Shown: positions 54,144 to 64,000 of the stretch, piece after piece
Position numbering within the stretch: position 1 is the stretch's first letter
How the letters are laid out: each line of letters begins with the position of its first letter
Assembly: GCA_963793525.1 (NCBI GenBank)
Contig: CAWCAZ010000022.1
Span: 65,291-129,290 of the forward strand
Source: an uncultured Acidobacteriaceae bacterium
GTDB taxonomy: Bacteria; Acidobacteriota; Terriglobia; Terriglobales; Acidobacteriaceae
Length of the DNA: 64,000 bases
Direction: 5' to 3'
Notes under the pieces: generated by a model
The model's input: only the letters and a program-made list of their open reading frames with translations
Told to the model about the DNA's origin: nothing
Databases searched by the model: none
Translations under genes and position numbers: made by a program

Positions 54144-56127
54144 TTAAAGTGCGAGATTTTCCCACCTGTACAGCCGGTTCAGCAATGCGGCTTCCGGAAA
54201 ACGCATTGGAAGCGGTGAATCTCTGTGGCACTTGTACCAGGTAGCTGACGGGGGCGGAAGTTATGGTATTGCCTGCAGCGTCCACGGCGGTTACCGTGAA
54301 GGTTTGCTGGCCTGTTTGTAACGTATTGACAGGACTGTGATCGTGCCGGTGTTCAGCCTGCCCACCAAGTAAAGTGCGGCGCCGCACTCACGATGCCGGA
54401 GCGGTCGTCAGTGCAGCTGTAAGTCGCGGTGACCTTCTGACCAACCTTATAGCCAGTGCTCGTGGGCGCCGGAGACAACGTGGGTCCCGTCTGAACTACG
54501 GGGTTGACCGTGTCCACATTGATGGGGAAAGTGTAGAACGAGGTGGACCAGCTCCCTCCACTCTTGGTGAACTGCAGTTCTTCGGTGCCGGCGCAGTCCT
54601 GGGCAAAGTAGTGCAAAAGGTATTGGCCATCCGCCGGGACGCTGATACCCTCCCCCTGGGCTGTGAAGGAGGTAGCTTTCGGTGGGTTGGATCCACCGGG
54701 CGCAGGGCAGGGGCTATTGGGTACGGTCACATCGCCTGGAACAGGCGCACCGGGTTGAGGCACGCTCGAAGCCAGGGAAATACCGTAGGTGATGCTCTGA
54801 ATCGGCGCCGCTACGAAGTTGTTTCTTGAAGCCAGGGCAGGCGGCACGCTTAGGAAATTTACTTTTGAGCTCTGGCTGTTGATCCAAGAGCCGAGTCGCT
54901 GCCCGGGCACAGTGACGATGGTCAGATCCTCGGGCACCGGGGCCACGGTAATAAACGTGGAGTTGGAACTCTCGCCGCGGCCGCCGCTCTTGTAGGCGCC
55001 TGGACCGGAAAAGCTGGTCAACAGGTTTTGCGGGCAAAGCAGATTGGCGATGTTGGACGACGAATCGAACACGCAAGGCCCTCCGCTCCAGCCGTCTTTG
55101 GCCTCCAGGAAGCCTACTCCCTGGTGGTAGATCAAGAGATTTGTGCCCAGAACATCGGGAAGGGTAAAGCTGGGACCGTCGAAAACATCCTCAAAAATCT
55201 CGTTGCGCTGCTGCGATGTCGGACACAAAGCTCCCTTCTGGGTGGGATCGGTTCCGACCTGGCAGGTGAGCGTGTAGAGTTTGCAGGCTGGCGCCCCGTT
55301 GTACAGTTCACCGCTATGGATCAGGCAACTCCCGGTCGCAAACGAGGTGCCGTTCAGGTAGGTGGATTGGAAAGTTGCCGCATTGAGTGGGGTGTCCGAG
55401 CCTGTAGGCGACGTCCCGTCGGTGATGGAAAGGCTGCCGGCGTTCTGCGCCTCGGAGAGGTCGTAGGTGAACTGTACCTGCTGGTTATTCGTTGAGTTAA
55501 ACGAAAAATTCTGGGTCAGCTGCTGGTCGGTCGGGTTGCTTTGGGAGATTGGGTTGCCGGTCACCTTGCCCGGCCCTGCGACCCCGTTAAAGGCGCAGTT
55601 GGTCACCAGGTAGAGAGTGGAACTGGTGAGATAGCTGCCAGTATCCACGAGCCCGATCTGGGCTTGCACCGCACCGGCGGTGAGATAGCTGCTGACGTCG
55701 ATGGGCGGCACTCCTCCAGCGGCCAGATAGTTATCCGGATCCTTACCGTTCAGTTCGCCGGCGCTGGCCTGGGATGCATAATTGCTGGTGAAGCAGTTCT
55801 GTTGGTTGCCGTTTTCCATCGTGCCGTTCTTGCAGATGTCGGCAGGGCGTCCCTCCTACCTCATTGAAGGTAATGAAGTTGTCCACCAACACGTTTCCGC
55901 TGCCGTCCGCCGTGGATGAAATCTTGGCCTGAATCGGCAGATGTGCATGTCAGGTTCAAAATGGTGGTGTTGAAGACGTTTTCGCTGGCTCCGTACCCCG
56001 TCCCCTGGGTCGATACCCGCACGTTAGCGGGGCTGAAAAGCTGGACGGCGGTCTGGCCTGAAACGGTGGAAGCAGCGGCGGCGATGCACACCGTCGCAAG
56101 GCCCTGCAGGAAGACTGAACTTCTCAT
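54144..56127 (-). CDS. Secreted Cys-containing beta-rich protein with a C-terminal Ig-like/HYR-like region; at least three to four frameshifts; function unknown
   Basis: Signal peptide MRSSVFLQGLATVCIAAAASTVSGQ. The body is 54353..55819. The tail ..YSCTDDRSGIVS...FTVTAVDAAGNTITS.. is in other frames. Frame changes at about 55900-55930, 55820-55860, 54380 and probably about 54230. The 3' end is uncertain. Confidence 0.65.
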
Positions 56128-56381
56128 TTTTCGCAAACTCCTACCCATGATTCCGCTGTTAGATCAGCCCGCGCAGCGGCAGACATGGCCCACCGGCTCA
56201 CACGGGTCGATTGAAGAGCAATGATTCGGACCGCCGGGGGGAATTTGTGGGGTCGGCAGAAAGTACGACAAAAGCCTTACGAATTGTGCAATCAGGGGGC
56301 ATCCTGTCAACTGAAAGTTTGCCTCCCGGAGCCTCAGACAGGGGTGTGACAGGGCACGATTGGCAGGGGAGCATACTTTTC

Positions 56382-57665
56382 TCAGTCGCCCCGTAAGGTT
56401 TGTTCTTCCTCTTGCAGGAGCGATTCTGCGGTCAACTGCTCGATTCCCCGTAGGGCGGGAAACAGCACGCTCCAAATGCCGGTAACGGCCAGCGCTCCGA
56501 GACCTCCAGCCACCACGGCGCGCACCGCTCCCCACCACTGGGCGGTCACGCCGCTTTCAAATTCACCCAGCTCATTCGAGGCTCCAACAAAGAGCGAATT
56601 GACTGCGCTGACTCTGCCCCGCATCGAGGCTGGCGTAGCCAGCTGCAGCATCGAGGATCGGATCACGACGCTGACCATGTCCGATGCTCCCACCACCATC
56701 AGCGCGGCCAGCGAAAGCGGCAGGCTTCTGGAAAGGCCGAAGACGATCGTTGCGCCCCATAAACAGCGACCCCGGCGAACATAAGAATGCCCGGACGTCG
56801 CAAAACCGGCCGGAAGGTCAACCAGATGGAAACCGCCAGGGCGCCCAGCGCTGGAGCGGAGCGAAGGGCTCCCAGACCCTGCGGGCCGGTGTGCAGCAGA
56901 TCATGAGCAAAGATCGGCAGCAGCGCAGTCGCGCCGCCTAAGAGCACCACGAAAAGATCCAGCGAAATCGATCCCAGCAATAGCTTGGATTTCCAGACAT
57001 AGCGAAAGCCTGCCAGGATCACATCGGTCGAAATCGCCCGATGCTCCATTCGCCCGGGGCGTACATGCAGGGACCCGATCAACAGCACAAAGCCGATTCC
57101 GGTCGCCAGGGTAAATAGAAACACAATGGGAGCGCCGTACAGCCTCCCTTTCAGCGGCAGGGTGTAAAGCAGACCTCCGACGGCTGGTCCGGCGATGTTG
57201 GCGATTTGGAAGACTGTCGCTCCCCATGTAATGGCGTTCACGAAATGTTCCGTAGGAACCAGGTGGGGCAGCAGGGCCGAACTGGCCGGGCCGCTGAAGG
57301 CGCGTCCCGACCCGATCAGGAAGAGCACCGCGAAGATCGGCTCCACGCGATGCAACCCCCGCAGAGCGAAAACCAGGAGCGTGACGGTGCACAGGATCTG
57401 CAGTGACATAGCAGACCAGGATCACCATGCGCCGGTCGTAGCGGTCGGCGACATGGCCGGCTGGCAGCAGGAATAAGAGGCCGGGCAAAAACAGCACCAG
57501 GCCGGTGTAGCCCAAATCGATCGCCCGATGGGTGATCTCGTACACCTGCCAGGCCACAGCCACTGCCTGCGCTTCCGCGCCCATGATGACCATTACCCGC
57601 GCCAACTGATAGCGGCGAAAATCTCTAAAGGCAAATGCTGCTGTCCCTGTTCTTGGTGGGGCCAT
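56382..57665 (-). CDS. MFS transporter (EntS/MFS_3-like); two frameshifts
   Basis: ..FRRYQLARVMVIMGAEAQAVAVAWQVY.., ..AGHVADRYDRR.. and 12-TM-type organisation, split over three frames. Shifts at about 57410 and about 56760. Confidence 0.8.
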
Positions 57666-57827
57666 ATGCCTGCTTTTTAAAATTGTAACAAAATACAAAG
57701 AGGCAGCTTCTCTGTCAAGAAAAACTGCACGGACCGTCCCCGGAAAGGATATCGCAAGCGGGAAATACGATAGGATGCAGGCACGTCGTCACGATTTTGG
57801 GAGCGACCGAAGGTGAGAGGGGTGCCC

Positions 57828-58455
57828 ATGGCCGCAGACGTCACGGAGAACGAAACCGATAAAAGAGTGAGCCCGCGGCCGCGCTGGATGAGTTGCTGGC
57901 GGGGAACCGCCGATTCATCAGCGGGCGCACGTCCGCCCACCGCCGTGACCTCGCCATGCTGCAACAGACCCTGGAGAAGCAGGAGCCTTTTGCCGCGGTG
58001 CTCTCCTGCTCCGATTCGCGCGTGCCCGTGGAAGTGGTTTTCGATCAGACGATTGGACAGCTCTTTGTTACGCGCGTGGCGGGCAACATGGTCACCCCGG
58101 AGATTGTGGCCAGTCTCGAGTATGCTGCCGCTGTGCTCGGCACCAACACCATCCTGGTCATGGGCCATAGCAGGTGCGGAGCGGTCACAGCCGCCATCCA
58201 AAGACAAGCGACAGCGGGACTCTCGTTCCCCGGACAGATCAGCGCTCTTTTCCCGCACATTGAGGCAGCCGTGGAGCAAGCCGGCCCGATGTTGAGGCCA
58301 CGATTCGAGCCAATGCCTTGATTCAGTCTTCGCGGTTGCGGGAATTGTCCCCGCTGCTGGCGGGGATGATCGAAGCCGGCAACGTGAAGGTGGCTACCGG
58401 CTATTTCGATATTCGCAGTGGAGCGGTGACGCTGACGTCGACGAAGCCTGATTAG
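57828..58455 (+). CDS. Beta-class carbonic anhydrase; two frameshifts
   Basis: CSDSRVP, ..FVTRVAGN.. and GHSRCGAV (the HxxC zinc ligands). Frame changes at about 57880-57895 and about 58290-58320. The corrected stop is at 58453-58455. Confidence 0.82.
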
Positions 58456-59884
58456 TTGCCGTGCACATAGGTTGCGTATTGGGTATCGACGATGCCCAGG
58501 TTGCGCGCCAGCCCCAGTTTGGCCTGGTTATGTTGGCTGGTCGTGTTCACCAGGGTGGTCTCGGCGTCGGCCAGGGTAGCCTGTGCCTGCACCACCGGCA
58601 GGTTATCGTCCACGCCCGCCTGAAAACGATCCGTGGTCTGTTCCAATTCTTTGCGCGCCAGCTCTACGTTGCTTTGCGCCACCCGCACCAGTTCGGTGGC
58701 CGACTGCACATCCAGGATGCTATCCCTCAACTGCTGGTTGATCTGCTCTTTCAAGGCGGCCAATTGCTCGGTCAGGTTGGTGAGGTTGGCGGCTGCGACC
58801 CCGCTGTCCCCGCGGAACTTGGCTTCTTCGAAAAGGGGCAGGTTCAGCGTCCCTCCGCCACAAACGTTCCGTGGTAAAGGCCGCCGGTTACCCCGGTGAC
58901 ACCATAATTGCCTTGAAAATCGAGGGTTGGCAGCCGCTCCCATTTGGCCGCTCTCCGTTGCAATTGCGCCGCCCGGATTTGGGCCTGCAGACCCTGGTAG
59001 TCCTGGCGGCTCTGGTAGGCGATTCGCTTGGCTTCATCGATATTCATGGTCGCCAGGTCGGCATAGGGCGCGTTATCCGTAAGCTGGATCTCCTGTTCTG
59101 CCGGTAGGCCAATTTCCCGGTTGAGCGCGATCTTGGCCTTCTTGAAGTTGACTTCAGCCGAAATCACAGCTTGCTGCTGGGTTTGGAACTGCACCCGGGC
59201 CCGCAGTTCATCCAGGTTCGCCGCTGTGCCCGCCTGATGCTCGGCGACGGCTTGGTCGAGCAGCACCTGGTCGGCCTGCAGCAGCGCCTTCGCATTGTCC
59301 ACCTGGGCGCCCAGAGCCAGCGTCTGCAGGTAGGCGTTGCCCACGGTGAGCACGACCAGCCCGCGCGAGGACTGCTTGCTGAAATAAGCGGCCTGCTCGT
59401 TCGCCTTTGCCGCCCGGTAGAGGTCGATATTCTGCAGGCTGAAGAGCGTCTGCGAATAATTCACCATGGCGTCGGTGGAGTTCACTTTCACGACCGTGGG
59501 AACCGACGCCAGGTCCAGCCAGGAAAAAGGGGAGCGGATTGGGCCAAAAGGCAGGAGGAAAATCCGAAGGCGGCCAGGTTGATCTGGTGTGCGCCCGAAT
59601 CGGCTTGAGCAGTGACGGTAGGGAGGAGGACTGCAGGCTTTCCTGGTTTGCGCCTTTGCGCTCAGTTCCTGTTGCCGCGCCTCGACCAGCGCCAGGTTGT
59701 GCTCGATGCCCATCCCGATGGCCTCGTCGATGGTCAGGGGCTTGACCCCGTCGGTCGGTTTTACGATGGTCACGCTGCCGTAATAGGGGCTCTGCGCGGA
59801 ACTCTGATTGGCCGTTTGCGCCGAGAGCGTTCCGGCGGCCAACAAAGCCGCCGTAGCAATCAACTGCCGCGCTGGGATCGTCAT
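58452..59884 (-). CDS. TolC-family outer-membrane efflux protein; about three frameshifts
   Basis: Signal peptide ..AALLAAGTLSAQ. Two TolC-type repeats (..LTIDEAIGMGIEHNLAL.., ..IDEAKRIAYQSRQDYQ.., ..LDVQSATELVRVAQ..). Frame changes at about 59540-59640 (two) and about 58860-58940. No MFP or RND/ABC partner is adjacent. Confidence 0.8.
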
Positions 59885-60107
59885 TAGGGGTCGTCTCTTC
59901 CTTTCCGTCCAATCCTTTAGATCGATTCGGGGCCTCCAGGTTGCCTAAATCGTGGCCGCTTCGGGGCGCAGTTCTCCCGCCTCTTCCATCGTACTAGGCG
60001 TGTGGATGCGGTCAGTTCTGCGAAGGGAAACCCGGGGCTGTCCTGGGCTACTCACTGTCTCTAGCACTGCTCTCCACGGAGCACGACAGTCGCAGGCAGT
60101 CCCATCC

Positions 60108-62257
60108 CTATGCTTCGTCGTCGGCGTGAACGTGTTTGTGGGCGGAGGCGATTACCTTATCGGCCGACGCTGGGGGAACCACATCGTAGCGGGCCATTTC
60201 CATATGAAAACTGCCCATCCCCTGGGTGAGGGAGGTGAGCGTGGCGCCGTAAGTGAGCATTTCAGCCATAGGGACTTCGGCCCGGATGATCGTGGTGCCG
60301 CGGCCGGCGCCCATCCCTTGAACGCGACCACGCCGTCCGGTCAGATCCCCCATCAAAACGCCGGTAAAACTTTCCGGCGCCTCAATCTCCACCCGCATCA
60401 GGGGCTCCAGCAGTACCGGCCTGGACTGCTCCATGCAGTTGCGGAAGGCAAGGCGCCCGGCCAGCCGGAAGGAGAGCTCATTGGAGTCCACGTCGTGGTA
60501 GCTTCCGTCAAAAAGCACAGCGCGGAAGTCGACCATGGGAAAGCCGGCCAGCCAGCCGCGCGCCGCCGCTTCCTGGATGCCTTTCTCGACCGCCGGAATA
60601 AAGGTGCGCGGAATCGCCCCGCCGAAAATCTCGTTGACGAACTCAAAACCTCCGCCCAGGGGGAGAGGCTCCAGGCGCACCCAGCAGTCGCCGAACTGCC
60701 CGTGGCCTCCGCTCTGCTTCTTATGCCTGACCCTGGGCGCTGGCGCCGGCGCGGATCGTCTCCCGGTAAGGTACCTTGGGCGCCTTGAGCGTCACTTCGG
60801 TGTGGTACCGGCGGCGCAGCCGTTGCACGATGGACTCGATATGGGGCTGGCCCGAGCCGGCCAACAGGAATTCATGGGTCGCGGCATCGCGATAAAAGCG
60901 GACCATCAGGTCCTCCTCCATCAACTTGTGAACCGCCGGCGCTAGTTTATCTTCATCGGCCCGCGTTTTGGGCTCAATGGCATAGGTAACGGCGGGCTCC
61001 GGCATGGTCACCGGATCAAAGTAAATCTCGTGGCCCGCATCCCCCAGCGTGTCGCCGGTAAACGTCTCGCGCAGCTTGGCCACGGCGCCCACATCGCCTG
61101 CGTGCAACTCCCCGATCGGGACTTGCCGTGCGTCCCTGCATGACCGTCAGGTGGGCCAGGCGCTCTGCGCTGTGGTGGGTGTAATTCGTAACCGTAGCGT
61201 CGCTTTTCGCGACACCGGAAAAGACCTTGAAGAAGGAGATCCTTCCTGCGAAAGGATCAGACATGGTCTTGAAGACATATAACGACAGCGGCTCACGATC
61301 ATCCACCTTGCGCAACACCATCTCGGCTTCGGAATCCGGGCGAACGCCAACAGATTCCACGGCCCCGCGCGCAGCCACCGGGACCCGCTCCACCGGCGAT
61401 GGCGCATACACCTGAAGAAAATCGAGCAGATGGTCGCTGCCCACGTTCCGCAGGCCGCTCGAAAAGAGCACGGGAAAGATCCGGTCCTCGCGGATGGCCT
61501 CGTGCAGGGCAACGATCAAGTGCTCTTCCGGGATGGTTCCTTCGCGGAAGTACTCCTCCATCAACTCATCCTTGCCCTCGGCCACCAGCTCTACCAGGGC
61601 TTGGTGGGCCTCCGTAGCCTCTTCGCGCAGGCGTACCGGAATTTCAGAAAGGCGGCCGCAACCGCTGCCGTCCGGTTCGTACACGAAGGCCTGCATGGTT
61701 ACCAGGTCCACGACGCCGCGAAAGATGGGATTCTGTCCGTTGCCCTCAAGAATGGGCAGTTGCACCGGAACCACCTGGCGGCCAAAACCTTCGCGCAACG
61801 CGTTGAGGGTGCGTTGGTGGTCTGCGCGGGGGTGATCCATCTGGTTGACCACGATCACCCGGGGCAGGTTGAATTCTTCGCCGAACCTCCACACCCGCCG
61901 GGTCATGGCTTCCACGCCGCATGCTGCGTTCACGATCAGCAACGCCGCTTCTACCGGCAGCAGCGCCGCGCGCGCCTCGTGCACGAACATGGGAAAGCCA
62001 GGGGTATCTACGAAATTGATCTTTACGTTGTGCCACTCGGCAAATGCCAGCGCATTCTGCATGGTGGTCCGGCGCGCTACATCCTCTTCGTCATAAGCGG
62101 TTACCGCGCTGCCGTCATCCACTCGGCCCAGCCTTTCGGTCATCTTGGCTGCTTGAAGAAGCGCAGAGATCAGGGTGGTCTTGCCGCAGTGCGCATGACC
62201 CACGAACGCGACATTACGAATGTCCTGTCCCTGATAAGTCTTTAATGAACGGTTCAT
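60108..62257 (-). CDS. Elongation factor G paralog (EF-G-like translational GTPase); two frameshifts
   Basis: G1 motif is GHAHCGKTT (canonical EF-G has AHVDAGKTT). Also DTPGF and NQMD, with domains II-V present (..HKKQSGGHGQFG.. at the junction). Pieces are 61016..62257, 60721..61107 and 60108..60680. Confidence 0.85.
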
Positions 62258-62420
62258 CCCAGGTATCTCCAGTTCTCAAGATTCGGAGTCTTGGAGCGGT
62301 CCGTGCGCGCTGGGGAGCGCGTTACCATGCACGCTGGCGGCCTGCTTCGTTTGCGGGAACCGAGTGTAGCACAGAGTCCCCGCCACGTTTTTTCCTGGCC
62401 GGGGAGGCAGGAGGATGGAT

Positions 62421-62619
62421 CTACTTCCGCTCCAGCTCGGCACGTTGCCGGCGCAGATTCCAGGCAAAGATTCCGATCCGCAACAGCAGGATGAACAGCA
62501 GGGCTATTGCCAGGGCCGCTGACTGGCCGTGTACTCCGCGGCGCAACAGGAAACCTAATGCTCGCCAGGACGGCGATCACGAATACGCCGAACGTTAGCC
62601 ACTCCGCGCGATTTTTCAT
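62421..62619 (-). CDS. Small two-TM membrane protein (about 66 aa after correcting one frameshift)
   Basis: MKNRAEWLTFGVFVIAVLA.. continues in another frame as ..LGFLLRRGVHGQSAALAIALLFILLLRIGIFAWNLRRQRAELERK (stop at 62421-62423). Shift at about 62560. The as-given 121-aa ORF overlapping the EF-G start is an artefact of the shift. Confidence 0.45.
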
Positions 62620-62620
62620 A

Positions 62621-62881
62621 TCACTTCCTTAGCCTCTGCCGGTTCCGCGACAGCCGGACGAAAATCACGATAGCAAACCCGGCAAAGACCCCCATCGCCA
62701 CCATCGAGCTCAACTGAAAATGAAACAGCACGACGCCGGCGTTGGCTGCATGGGTGCGTGACAGCAGGGCTTCCAGCAAGACAAAGACGCAAAAACTGAC
62801 CGCACCCGCTCCGGCCAGGCTGAGTACGATCTTCAACGTAGCGCTTCCCATCCCCCACCGGAAGCCTGCATCATATCGCAT
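62621..62881 (-). CDS. Small membrane protein (86 aa), unknown function
   Basis: Three hydrophobic segments and a basic C-terminus. It ends 2 nt before the next small membrane gene on the same strand. Confidence 0.45.
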   Translation of the reverse strand: MRYDAGFRWGMGSATLKIVLSLAGAGAVSFCVFVLLEALLSRTHAANAGVVLFHFQLSSMVAMGVFAGFAIVIFVRLSRNRQRLRK

Positions 62882-62947
62882 CGGGCGGCCGCCTACCCAT
62901 TACAATAGAGAGGATTGAAGGTCTGAAGAGTGAAGGGCAAAGGAACC

Positions 62948-63703
62948 ATGCGCGCTATTCCATCAACGCCTCCGGCGATTATCCCAAACACTCCTCCGCA
63001 GAGGTTCCGGCTCCTGATGGCGGCATTTGTCGTATTCGGCGCCGCCGGATTTGCGGCTCATTTTGCCGCCGCGCAGTCCACCGCCGTGCATGATCCTGCG
63101 GCCCTCAAACCCCCGCCAGGCGCCCGCGTGGCGATCGTTGAGTTTGAGGATATGGAATGTCCCGATTGTGCCCGCGCCAATCCTCTCTTACACGACGCCG
63201 CGAACCAATACCATATTCCCTGGGTGCGTCACGATTTTCCCTTGCCCTTCCACGCCTGGAGCTTTGACGCGGCGGTATACGCCCGTTGGTTCGACACCAA
63301 GTCGAAGAAACTTGGCGATGATTTTCGCGATGCGGTCTTTGCCAACCAGCAGCTGATTGATGCGGCGGGAGAGACTTCTCCTGAAACTCCAGCAGGTCCA
63401 ACGACGGCTGCCTCGGCAGCGATTCGCAATTTCGCGGAGAAGTTCGCGCAGGAGCATGGCGTCGCGCTTCCTTTTGTGATCGATCCGCAGAAGAAGCTGG
63501 CCGCTCAAGTCCAAGCGGACATCGATCTCGGCAAGCGCATTGGCATCGAGCACACGCCGACCATTTGGGTGGTCACCAACAAGACGAATGGCGTGCCTTT
63601 TGTAGAGGTAGTCGATCGCCAACGCCTCTATCAGATCATCGACCAGGCGCTGGCCGATACCAAAGGGCAAGCCGTGGCTGTGCATCACGGCACCGGCCAA
63701 TAG
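62948..63703 (+). CDS. DsbA-family thiol:disulfide oxidoreductase (thioredoxin fold, CPDC active site)
   Basis: N-terminal signal/anchor. ..VAIVEFEDMECPDCAR.. is a CxxC motif in the DsbA-like context, followed by ..TPTIWVV.. (cis-Pro loop region). Confidence 0.8.
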   Translation: MRAIPSTPPAIIPNTPPQRFRLLMAAFVVFGAAGFAAHFAAAQSTAVHDPAALKPPPGARVAIVEFEDMECPDCARANPLLHDAANQYHIPWVRHDFPLPFHAWSFDAAVYARWFDTKSKKLGDDFRDAVFANQQLIDAAGETSPETPAGPTTAASAAIRNFAEKFAQEHGVALPFVIDPQKKLAAQVQADIDLGKRIGIEHTPTIWVVTNKTNGVPFVEVVDRQRLYQIIDQALADTKGQAVAVHHGTGQ

Positions 63704-63714
63704 ATAGACGGGCC

Positions 63715-63790
63715 ATGCTTTGTGTCAGGGCAGGACTTTAGTCGGGCCGTACACAAGCCCCTAATGAGGGCTTTAGCCCCTGAGGTTTTG
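63715..63790. repeat. REP-like modules (CTTTGTGTCAGGGCAGGACTTTAGTCGGGCCG and GAGGGCTTTAGCCCCTGAGG)
   Basis: Same modules as at 46669-46733. Confidence 0.8.
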
Positions 63791-63823
63791 CTTTCTTGCC
63801 CGCAGACTCAACCAAGGCGGTGT

Positions 63824-64000
63824 CTAGGTCTGGATGTTGACCAGCTCGCCAGGCGTGGTTTGCCGCGTCTGGGGCGAACGCCAGTGGTCGATGTAAGAAA
63901 TCTGGTGCACGCAGGAGACAGTGCAGTGCGGAGCGCAGCTCTTTTCCGTCACGTACTCCCGCTTGAGGTCGGCTTTGGTGTATTGCGCCAGCGGAACTCC
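63824..64000 (-). CDS. 3' end of a gene running off the window (58 codons plus stop: ..YTKADLKREYVTEKSCAPHCTVSCVHQISYIDHWRSPQ..)
   Basis: Open frame from the window edge to TAG at 63824-63826. The Cys-rich tail is reminiscent of radical-SAM/SPASM-type proteins, but that assignment is a guess. Confidence 0.5.
   Translation of the reverse strand, partial: GVPLAQYTKADLKREYVTEKSCAPHCTVSCVHQISYIDHWRSPQTRQTTPGELVNIQT

Overview
GC-rich bacterial chromosomal segment (roughly 60% GC by eye, not computed). It is probably from an Acidobacteriota/Terriglobia-type genome. That placement is my inference from the intergenic repeat mosaics and the general character of the proteins, not from any search. I count about 55 protein-coding genes, mostly housekeeping: glyA, hslVU, prfA-prmC, clpB-hsp20, gyrB, rplU-rpmA, rpmB, relA/spoT, pcrA/uvrD, an ATP-dependent DNA ligase, add and an EF-G paralog. 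I found no rRNA, tRNA, CRISPR array, transposase, integrase or phage gene.

Three things stand out.

1. Anbu module (8.0-13.9 kb). An intact transglutaminase / circularly permuted ATP-grasp / alpha-E / transglutaminase operon is divergently paired with an Anbu (ancestral proteasome beta-subunit) gene. It lies next to hslVU. The module is conserved and its function is still unknown. It is the best candidate here for an uncharacterised system.

2. Frameshifts. By manual frame-tracking, at least about 40 single-base frameshifts break otherwise recognisable genes. These include essential ones (gyrB, prfA, rpmA, rplU, rpmB). The sites I resolved to the base (fucI-like isomerase, rpmA, rpmB, the first msrB site) sit in short homopolymer runs. 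They are very unevenly distributed: one in the first 17.9 kb, with clusters at 26.4-29.4 kb and 53.1-62.6 kb. Sequencing or assembly indels are the most likely cause.

3. Repeats. Many of the longer intergenic gaps carry mosaics of a small library of palindromic repeat modules. Three are MITE-like composites with perfect or near-perfect terminal inverted repeats.

An L-arabinose utilisation operon uses a FucI-family isomerase where a classical AraA would be expected. All family calls rest on motif and sequence recognition by eye. No HMM or BLAST search was run.
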